This document shows positions 1 through 11,175 of a stretch of 64,000 nt of DNA, piece after piece; positions within the stretch are counted from its first letter, which is position 1, and the number at the start of each line of letters is the position of its first letter. Both the position numbers and the translations under genes were made by a program. Source of the DNA: the human T2T-CHM13v2.0 reference genome, Homo sapiens; assembly GCF_009914755.1 (NCBI RefSeq), contig NC_060935.1; one strand, given 5' to 3'. Under the pieces are notes generated by a model that saw only the letters and a program-made list of their open reading frames with translations, ran no database searches and was not told where the DNA came from.

Positions 1-73
1 TAAACCTCTTTTTCTTGATAAATTACGCAGTCTCAGGTATTTCTTCATAGCAGTATGAAAATGGACTAATACA
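1..73 (+). mobile_element. 3' end of THE1/MST (ERVL-MaLR) LTR
   Basis: TAAACCTCTTT...AAATTAC.CAGTCTCAGGTATTTCTTCATAGCAGTATGAAAATGGACTAATACA is the typical THE1 LTR terminus. Confidence 0.85.
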
Positions 74-869
74 ATGAGTATGTCTATGAACCAATGAAAA
101 AAACAAATCCTCTGCACATTCCCCTGGAATCTCAAATTCTTCATTCCAGCCCAGTCTCCACATATTTTTTTAATACTCCCATACTGACATGTTCTTTTAG
201 GAAATCTCTTTCTTCCACAGGCCAAAGATTCCTCAAGGTAGAGAAAATCTTTTCCTTCTTAAATTTTTCCACTCAGTTTTAGATGTTCAGCTGAAAGTTA
301 ATAGCCTTGAGTGTTCCTTCTGTAATTCCATGACTTACGAGAGTGAGGTTTCCATTTGCCACTCTCTCCTGCATTATCATCAATCCCTGTAGCCTTTCAG
401 TGGAAAGTCCGGGAACTAATAATACAAAGAATTTTAAGTAACTTCAGCCTAAAAGCTTAGAATGCTTGAAATGTAAGGATCCTTGGAGACCATCTTCTCT
501 AACCAGTATTAGTCTCATTTTACAGACTAAGGAATGGAGGCCTACACCATTTGACTCTTAACCCAATATGCTCTTCTCCATGCCATTCCCCAACCTCCAA
601 ACAATGAATTCCTCCATATTTGTTTCTGAGTGAAGATGTCATCCTAGGTCATGCTTCTCTATAGAATCTCAATCAGTGGAACTATCCCAAAAATATGTTT
701 GTGGGTCTGGATTGCATTTACCTCATGCTTCTTCATGACTTCAATTCCACATGGTTTTATCATGAACATTGTTTGGAAAAGAAAATAAAATAGTCAAATC
801 CAAACCTTTAATCCACAAGTCTGTCACTGCTTCCTTGACAGATTAGCATGGCCTATAGATTCAGGCAAA

Positions 870-1050
870 GTTGTGTGTCATTGACAAGCTGTAAAACCCA
901 GGTCACCCTTGGCAGCCTCTTTTAGCCTTGGTTTTCTTATCTGCAAAATGGGAATAACACCACTCACTTCCTAGGGTTATGATATAATATATTACAACAA
1001 TTAACACTTGGCTTGGTACACAATAAGCATTCAATAAATGGTAGCCATAT
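870..1050 (+). mobile_element. MIR SINE
   Basis: GCCTTGGTTTTCTTATCTGCAAAATGGGAATAA core and ...GGTACACAATAAGCATTCAATAAATG tail. Confidence 0.7.
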
Positions 1051-2638
1051 TATTTATTATCATTACTATTATTATCATTTCTGTAGATTTTGCCTTGTCT
1101 GCCTTGGCTCTTTTTGACTGGTCTCCTTGTTCTAACTTAAGCCATATGACCCTATAGGCCAGAAAATGTAAGAAGAAAGAGAAGGGATTCCCCAAAAGCA
1201 GTGTTGAACCAAGTTAGGGCAATAAGATGAGGAAAAGATCATCAGAATAAAAAAAAATCAAAATCATAAGGGGGTTAGTTTTACACTCTAGGCTATCACA
1301 AATTTTGCATCAAGACTGATACATTGGGCATTACATTGAAACATTTTCCCCCATAATGCATTTATGAGATTATCATTTCAATTTTGTTAAACAGTGCTAG
1401 ATTCAGTTTGTTTGTGTGCCTGGCACATAGCAGGAATTCAATGAGCGAATGAATAAAAGAATGACTGTGCCAAATAAGCAAATTATATATATATAATATA
1501 TATATCAAAACTCTGAAACAGCTGTATTTGCTATTTCATTTATAAGGTTAAAGTAAGTTTTAGAATATTTCTATCTTAACTGGAGATATCAATTAAAACG
1601 CTTTGTTGGAGAAAATGTATCATTTCCTATAATGCAAAATATAAGAATTCAAATATACTTTGGAAATTTATAGGTATTTTCATTTATTCATGACTCATGA
1701 TAGCTCGAAAGCAGCTATTATGTCAAGGCAAATTATTAGCTCTCACTATTGTATAATAAACAGAGCTATAATTCATGTTTATTTACAAATATTCTTTCTA
1801 GTTATGAGATTTAGCACATGTCCATCCATTATGATTGTTAGTTTCCTTTTGTTTTCTTTTAAGGAAAGGCTACTGGCTAAATAACCAATCAATAAACATC
1901 TCTAACCAGCTACCTTGGTGCTGTTAACAATGGAATGTGCAATTATTTCCGTCTCCCATATTCCCATTTATATAGAATGATCTGGATCAACTGCTGGGTC
2001 AACATTCTGACAGTCAGTCCAACATATTTGAAGATAAGTGAAAAGTTGCTATAGTAATATGTATGTGAGAACTCTTCATGGCAATGACCATGAGGGATCC
2101 AATCAAAGAAACATTAGCCTGGTAAGAAGAGCCTCATGGTCAGAGGGAGAAAGTCAAATGTGAGAACTCACTAATGAATTTTATTCCTTGGGCGTGTTGA
2201 ACTGGAATCTAAGGGCCTTGCTAGGAAGATATAAATAAATACGAGTAAAGATAATGTCTGTGGCTGGAAAATATGAAGAACTCTTTCTTTATGTGCCCAT
2301 GACCTGGCTCCAAGGACAATCCTCAAAAAGTGGTTTCACAATTGTTTTCAGTGATATTGGTATTGCAGGAATTGGTCAACCAATAGAACATGCACACACA
2401 CATATACACACACACACGTATATATTTTGTATGTATTTTATTATTATTATTTTACCTATTCTGGTAAATTTATTAAAAAGAAAGAAAAGTCTGGCTGAGT
2501 GGTTTATAGTCACACTTCAAACCCAATAGTCGTTCTCATGCTGAAATTCTGGGATCATCCTATATCTTTCTCTTTCCTCAAAAGCTATAGTTCAGCTATT
2601 CCCAGGTAAGAACTGCCTTACTTATATGTACTTTGTAA

Positions 2639-2991
<353 letters not shown>

Positions 2992-4100
2992 CTTCCTTCT
3001 TTTCTTCCTTCTTCCTTTTCTCCCTCCCTCTTTCCTTCTTTCTTTCTTTTTTTTTTTCTGGCTTGGGAATACACTAAAATTTGAAGAGAAAAATTGAAAG
3101 CAGAAAAATGCTTTGAGTCACAACCAATTCTTTTCAAATAGTCCACAAACCTGGTCCTCCTCATTTGGACAATTACAGCCAAAAGAAGGATCTAGTTTCA
3201 AAGTGCAGCTGCTCATTTGAAGTGGGATAAGCATGGTTAATTTTTTCAATGAAAAAATGGTGATGAATGGAATAGAAAATAAAGATATCTTTAAAGCTAG
3301 ACCAAAGAAAAAGTTGTTTTAACTCCAGAAGGTCATCAATTTGGAAATATTATCCAGAGAATTTTTCAAATCACAGAGAAGAGCTTCCAGGAAATCTTAA
3401 ATGACTACTAATGAAAAGTATTCCTTAGAGTCCAGTTGAAATAAAAGTCACAATAGTCACATATGTAATTCTATGCCCTAAAACACCCAGCTGCAGGGGA
3501 ATCTATAGGAACCCAACGGGATCCCAGTGTTCACAATTATCTTCTTTGTAAACCACAGAGCAATAGTAACAAAGGTCTTTACAACTTTTATTAATAAAAA
3601 TGTATTGTAAATTGCAATCATATTTAAATTCTTATGACTTCATAATATTATTTTGCAAACTAAAACAAAAAAATGATCTTTAAAACCATAGTTAATTGTG
3701 ATCACATGAGTATTTTGCTTTGTGGAAATTTATTGCATGAACATGCTTAATTTGTATACATTTTAACTTGCATGATGTGTCAATTAAAAGCTTACTAATT
3801 AAAAAGAAACTATACTCAATCTTCTCCTTCCGAATGAAATGTTTTTCCTAGATACATTCTTTTAAATAATATGGGAACACAAAATTGCGTATCTCCTTCA
3901 AAGTCTTATAGAAAAAATTATAAGCTATGTTTGAAAGTTATTTTTTTAATTTTAGTTTTTAAATATAATTTCAAAAATAAATTATTTTTATTCCATGTGA
4001 GGCATACTAAATTTAATACCTCTCCAAATAACCAAAGGGCATTTTGTATCAAGCACCTACACTGTGTTGGTATATCATTATGACTGGCATGCCTTTTCTT

Positions 4101-4186
4101 TTTGAAAATAGTCTTCACATGTATTTCCTTTTTGAAAATAGTCTTCACATTATGCCCTATTTTGAAAATAGTCTTCACATTATGCC
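4101..4186. repeat. 30-bp tandem repeat, ~2.9 copies
   Basis: TTTGAAAATAGTCTTCACAT recurs at 4101, 4131 and 4161. Confidence 0.95.
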
Positions 4187-5628
4187 AAAGGGCATAATGG
4201 GCACTATAGCTGCCTGTTGCCTTGTGGAGTTTTATCAATAATGTAGCTAATAAACAGATGTTTTGTGGGTAACCACACTGTGTTATAGGTTATCTAAGAA
4301 CTCATACCTTTGCTTTGACTTCCACCAGCATTCACGAATTAAGAAAACCTCAGGGGAGAGGGGAGGTGTTGTATGAAATACAGCATTCTCATTTGTCACC
4401 AAAATTACTGACTTTTGAAGTCAGTAATTATTTTTATTGTGTTTATTTGTTTTCAAGAAAATAAGTGGGAGAATCTTACAATGACTTCTGAGTCCTCTGT
4501 CTTAAGGATACCTCTTAAAGGGTCAATTAAGATATGTATTTCATAGTAGTTGCTTAAAAGATGACTAACAAGTTTTTTTTTAAAAAAAAAAAAATATGTT
4601 AACCATTTTCTGTGGCCAACTGCCTGAAAAGCTTCAGATTGCTTTATATTTCCAACCAACACTGACTGGCATTTACTCTTAGTAAGCAGAAGTTGTCACA
4701 AACGACAGAAAGTGATTAGCAATCACTTGCTACACGGCATGAGATAGTCTTAAAACTCCCATTTACCCCCTACTGAACCAATATCTTAGCTTATTCTAGA
4801 GGACATGAACAAGTATTTCTCTAGCAACTAACATAAGTGAAAATACAAGCCCTAGCTCCGTAGAATGCCACAAATTTGGTCACAAAGGAAAATGAAAGCA
4901 AGCACCCTAATACTAACTCAAGACACTTTACTTGGAGAAAAACAGCCTGCATCCCATAACATTTTATGATACCAAATGAGATGCAGGCAATGTAATTTCA
5001 CTTATGTGATTCACTTACAGGCGATGCAAATGCAATCTTGCTGATTACATTTAAAACAAAGGACTGAATCTGCTTATTTATAGAGCAGGCCCATAGTCAT
5101 GCAAAAATCATGCTACCCCCCACCTGGTGTGGAAGAAAAAGAAAACAATCAGGCTGAAGACCTTTACATCTCCACAGAAAGAAAAATGATGTTAACGTGA
5201 ACCCTGGGTTGACCCAATATGCTTAACAACGTGGCTTCTTGGTGCCCTGAATAGAAAACAAGGTCAACTGTGTGAGTAATCGTTAGCTGAGGTGTTCAAC
5301 CCACATGCAAACATGTCCAATGTTTTATTTGTTTTTTAAATAGCCAAAAGGAGTGTTCTGCAAGCATTTTCATCTATGTTTAATTTTAAACCTTCATGTG
5401 GGTGTGCATATACACACACACACACTTATTTCAATATGGACTGCATAGATATATAATTTCTACAGTGAAATAAATACTGCTACAGCCAGTATATTCACTA
5501 GTTGGACTCTGCACAATGTGTATTTTATGAACTTCTCTGCCTACTAAGTTGGGGTCTTGAGCATTCCAGAGCCACTGTTTTTAATCATCACCAAAAACTA
5601 GAGCTTTTATTAGATAATTTCCTCATTA

Positions 5629-5684
5629 TGAAGTTCAATAGTTCAACTTAATGTGAAGTTCAACAGTCTCAACTAAATGTGAAT
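5629..5684. repeat. ~26-bp imperfect tandem duplication
   Basis: TGAAGTTCAATAGTTCAACTTAATG followed by TGAAGTTCAACAGTCTCAACTAAATG. Confidence 0.75.
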
Positions 5685-7465
5685 GTACTGCCAAATGCCA
5701 TCTCTGAACTTCCCAGAAAAGCAACAGAGCTGGAAGAATTCTAGTATGTCCTGAGATGCTCAGTTTTTAAAGGTCTAACAGGTAATACTGGCTCAATGCT
5801 GGCAAATAAACCAATGCCCAGCCACCAGCCACTGTGCCAACATCCTAGGAGTCTGGCTGCAGCCTTACTGATAGCTAGATCGTAGCAACCTAGGCAAAGA
5901 GGGTTATTATCAAAGCCAACTTGGGCCCAGCTGCAGTCCAACATAAAGAAGTTTAATGTGATACCTTACACCTGCCACCCCACATTTTCCAAAAGGAAAA
6001 TTGCCTGTGGCTAAAAGTGCTCCTTGTGGAGCAACCTGTGACCACAGGGTTTCTCAACCCTAAAGAAGAAGATGCACTTCAGTAGCCTACCAAGTGATGC
6101 CAACACCAATGATAGAGAACAGAAGCAATTTTCTGTGCAGTAACACCACTTCCTTTTGGTCAGAGACATCATTTACAAACAGTAACCTCTGTGAACTTCT
6201 CAAAAATGGTGGTGCCTTTGAAGTTACCCTTGATCTTTGATACTCGACCATAGTCAGATCTGAAAACCACACTCAAACTGAGCTTTGTAAAATGTACTGG
6301 GTTGAAGCATCCCACCTTTCATCTTCATGTCTCCAAATGGAAAAGACCTAGAAGCATATAGGTTTGCTCATTTCCACACACAGCAAGCAGTGGGCCAGAA
6401 ACCACCTAACTTGTTTGAAATGTAAGCCATTATCCAAGCCACAGCATATGGCCACATACTTCTCAACTCCCACAACCAAGCAAAAATGCAATTGCTGTCC
6501 AAGTGTGCACAGGCTCTGAATAGGAAATGGCAGTGGTTTCTGGAGCCCATAAGGCCAGAAGATGCTGCCAGACTTGAGAAGAACCAAAGGACAAAAGAGT
6601 GGTAGAAACAGGAGGACATATTCTGAAATGAAAGTAATGTGTGATCTTCCAGGGCAGAAAATAGCTGCTCCTGTTTATTTTAAACTGCTTTCCATCACAG
6701 GCTGCCTCCTACGGGAAGCCTACCTTCTTTCACGTTTGGGAGAAGAATCAAACCTGATGCATGCCTACAGGGAAAAACTAGGAAATAACATTGTAAAGCA
6801 TTTCAGTAGAACTAAGGCAGACGCCCAAAAAATCTTATTTTAGACATGTTCTTGAATTCTTCCTTGCTTCTCCTACTCAGTTAGCATTTATTGTGCCCCA
6901 AACTGTAAGTTCCTTAGGCACCTACAGCTTATTAAGGGTCATAAAGAGTCACATTCTGTACTAGAAACCAGCAGTTCTGCTTGACCTTGAGCACATCACT
7001 CAACCTCTCTGGGCTGCCAGTAGGCCATACGTAAAATTCTCTACTTCTGTTTCCTTCACAGTGAGTACAGCACAAAAGTACTTTAAGAACCTTGATATTC
7101 TATTACCAATAATGCACACATGATTATTTTATTAAATATTATTTATTTCAGATGCATTTGATTGTCTCTGTAAACAGGCAAGACACGCTAGCAGACAAGG
7201 ATTGGGGGTTTATGGTTCTATATTATCCTGACTGCTAAACCAAATAAAACATTCCTTCATTAATTTGTTCATCAATAATTATTTATGCATCAGGCACTGT
7301 ACTATGCATTGGGGATAAAACGAGAAGCAAAACAACCAGGATCCCTGCATCCCATGCTACTTCTAATAAATACTTATTGATTTACTGTAACATTTTCAAT
7401 GACACCCAGCTTCCCCCAGACATCCCACTCTCCTTGCTCATTTCCTCCCTCCCTGTCCTATAGAT

Positions 7466-7727
7466 CAGCAGTCCCCAGCCCTTTTGGCACCAGGGACAGG
7501 TGTGGTGAAAGACAGTTTTTCCACAGATGGGGGTATGAGGGGGTACGTTTCAAGATGAAACTGGTCCACCTCAGATCATCAGGCATTAGATTCTCATAAG
7601 GAGTAAGCAACGTAGATCCCTCGTATGCACAGTTTACAATAGGGTTTGGGCTCCTATCAGAATCTAATGTCGCAGCTGATCTGACAGGAGGTGGAAGTCA
7701 GGCAGTAATGCTGGCGCAGCTCACCTC
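7466..7727 (+). mobile_element. MER1B (hAT-Charlie) DNA transposon, right end missing
   Basis: CAGCAGTCCCCAGCCCTTTTGGCACCAGGGAC...CCACCTCAGATCATCAGGCATTAGATTCTCATAAGGAG matches the recalled MER1B consensus. Confidence 0.85.
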
Positions 7728-8619
7728 TACAGAATACCCAAGGTAGCCTCAATCACTTAGTGCCAAAAAATGAGAGCTCCCAACAAACCATTCTTAAGGT
7801 ATTGATAAGTAAGTGACAGGAGATAGTAGGGGCAATTTCAGCAAACTGTAAGGAGGGACACTGAAGCAAGCATGATAGGCCATTAACTAGTGCTTAGGTA
7901 AGCATGTTAGTAGCAGAGGCAACTCTAAAGAGGGTGGGGAGATTCTGAGTTCAGAGAGAATTTACTGTGAGGACAAAATGACAGGAGAAATACATATTGA
8001 AGACTGTTTATTGATTTGTCAAAGATGAATTTGTTACTGAATCATGGACAAGGCAGAGGATTCAAGATCAGCCAGCATCAATCCTGCCCTTATAGGGCTT
8101 CCAGTCTAGAAAGGGCAATATTGCTATGTGTGGGTATCCCCTTATAGGAGCGAATGTACATGTCAAAATGGAGGTAACTTGTGCTGGGAAATTGATGGAT
8201 TTAAGTCATGAGACACTGTGTAAGGCTGATCTTTTGATCTTTCTCCCACATGCTTCTTTGTTCTGGGAACAGGCCTTGAGAAACAACTGGGAAAAGGAAA
8301 TTGACAAACTCTTTCTTCTACTCTGGCTAGAGGAAAGCTAACTCCCTCTTGCTACTATGTCTTAACCTTTTCTCAAGATCTCATGTTTATCTCTGTGAGT
8401 CACCTGGGCTGGCAAGATACACATCTACTAAGCATTTTGTATTTTTAGTGGCTTCTTCTAATTGACCCCAAGGTAATCATTCCCTGACTTTGTCTGCCCT
8501 CAGCTTTCATGTATATCTATCCATTCAAGCAAACATAGGCTTATAAATTCAGGCTCTGGGTGTTCTATACCTAGTCATGCCCAGCTGCACTGGAAGGTCT
8601 TCTACCTCTGATCATGACG

Positions 8620-8900
8620 ATAACACCAAATGAAACACTTCTATAGAACTTACTACGTCCCCAGAAAATTTGGTAGGTACTATACTTAAAGCAGTTGATT
8701 TAACCTTTGCAATGGCCCTTTGAGAAAAGTACTATTTGCTTCCCTCATTTATGGATGAGAACACAGAGAGGTCACATTTATGGATAAGAACACAGAGAAG
8801 TCAAGTAACTCACTCAAAGTTGCACAGAGAGTAAGAGGGAGACCAAGATTCAAACTTTGGCAGTATGCTTCTGGAAACCACGTTCTTAAACACTATATTG
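8620..8900 (-). mobile_element. MIR SINE with a small internal duplication
   Basis: CTCATTTATGGATGAGAACACAGAGAGGTCA repeated as CATTTATGGATAAGAACACAGAGAAGTCA, then AAGTAACTCACTCAAAGTTGCACAG. Confidence 0.65.
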
Positions 8901-10917
8901 CTTCCCTGTCTCCTCAGGCAATGAAGCTCAGAAATATATTTTCAGACCCTTAGGCATTTATTACAAAACTATTTATTGAAGCCTTATATGTTAAACTCGA
9001 CTACATGTTCTTAATTTACTGAGCATTCACACTTATTTTAAAAAATCTAACCAAGAGACCAAAATGAGGGAGAGAGTCCTTGAAACAAATGCACTCAATT
9101 CTATGTGCATGGAATGCATTCATGCCCCCCAATCTGACTCCATGTGTGAGCAAACAAGATACATAAATCTGAGTAGCGTGGCTGTTCATGTAAACAATTC
9201 AGAACCTTATCATTCCTCTCTGAACTGACTCCAATTCATCAAAAATGTAAGAGTGAGTTATATATGACATCCTCCATTAACTGAAACACACCAATAAATT
9301 TCCAAAATGTAGGACTCAGCACCAAAAAGAAAAAAATGGGTAGAGAAATCCCCACATATATTGTGGAACTCCGTGCAGCCTGTGTCTCCCCTGTGCAGTC
9401 TTGAATCATGCATAATGCAACACCGCAACTGCTAACAGCAGGCGCGCACCAGATAATTTACACTTGTTTTTATGGACGCGAGGAACTGATCTTTGAAGCT
9501 GTCCCTAATGAGATTCCGCTTGGCCCTAACAGCATCCTGAGAGAGTGTTCCGGTTTTCTACTTGGCATCCGGTGCATATTTATAATGCAGAATACAGGCT
9601 CATTTAAATTGCGCATGTGGATTTTGGTGTCTTCCCTATTTTAAAGAAAGATTTTCATATACTAAGGAGCACTGACTCCTCAATTACTAAACCATAATTT
9701 ACCTAAACAATGTCACTGCCAGCCCTACAGGTACTTATCAAAGACGTAGGTCCATCAGAGCCCCTTTACCTACAGGGCAAAAAGCTCCTCCAGCTCCAAC
9801 CCTGCACTCAAGTCCAGAGACTCAATTAGGTCTTCAGCCAAAGGTCATCTCCAGAAAGTCTAATTATACAACACCTTCCTTAGTAGACACAGCCACAGGG
9901 AAAGTTAGAGAGAAAACCTGAAGTCAGTCATCTAAATTAAAAACTTCCTGCCCCAAAAGTGCTTGTGATACAGACTTCTCTTTCTTAGTATCTCCCCTCT
10001 TTTAATTTCTGTGCCATGTAAAATTTTCTTAAGCCTGGCAGTTTACAGCAGGATCTTTTCCTGATCATTTGCTTTTCAAGGTGTTGACAGTTTAGTCACC
10101 CACAATTAGAACTCCATTGCATACTTACTTTGAATTTCCTTTGTTTTACCTTTAAGTCAATGTTTTTAAGAATGGTTTTCAACCACTGCCATACCAATAC
10201 TGTTATGACGGTGTTATCTGTATTTAACCCAAATCACAGATTTTTGTCAAAAAAGTTGTTCTGTAAAAATTTTAAGAGTTTACTATTAAAAAAAAAATGT
10301 AGAGTCGTTAAACATCAGAGTACAGAATAAAAACTGGTTCGCCTTATTCAAAACGCATGATTCCCATGATGACAGATGACCCGTTTTCATGGTCTTCATT
10401 TCAAGTAAACTCCACATATTAGGAGCAGTTGTCACGTTCCAGGTAAGTGGGCTGAAATATATCTTAATTAATTTAATGCTTCTGACCGATAATTGTTGAC
10501 TCCAAATATGATCAATAAGTGAGCACTTTATAAGGAGTTAAAACAATATACTTTCCGATGCCTCCATTTTAAAATTAAAGAACAATATAGAAAACCCAAA
10601 TCTCTAGGGTCACATTGAAAGTGGAAGCTTTGATATTTTTTCCTATGTTAGAAATGAGAGTTTACTACTGTCAAAGCAAAAGTCAACTGAAGGCAGAGAT
10701 GATAGCATTAGTGTACGAGTATCAGAAATACTCACTCTGAGCTTCATCCAGCTCCATCCTGAAAAAAACACGGGAGACTTACATAAGTTACCCTTTTTAA
10801 AGCCAAGTACACCCTCAAGTCTACATACATGCTCTCAAAATGAATGAGTGATTACAAGGCAGCACTCACTTCCTGGGGAAGCACATGTTAATTCCTCGAA
10901 TCCTTGCAAACTCAGCT

Positions 10918-11175
10918 TTCATTCATTCATTCATTCAACAGGTGTTGACAGAGTCTCCAGAACATGCCTAGCATTGTGATAGGTGTTGTGAATACAGACA
11001 GCAAAAAATAAATAAAACGAAAAAGATAAGGTCACTGCCCTCATAGAGCTTATATCCTAGTGGAAGACACACATTTCACCAACAATTCAAGAATATATTT
11101 AAGATAAGTGCAGCCAAAGGACAGTATCACTCACAGGTTCTGGGAGTATGTATAAGGGGACACCTAATCCAGAGA
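10918..11175 (-). mobile_element. L2 LINE 3' end
   Basis: (TTCA)n tail followed by ...CTGCCCTCATAGAGCTTATATCCTAGTGG. Confidence 0.7.

Noticed and set aside
4101-4186. CRISPR-like repeat/spacer appearance
   Set aside because: Primate DNA, only three units, 10-nt related 'spacers', no cas genes: an ordinary minisatellite.
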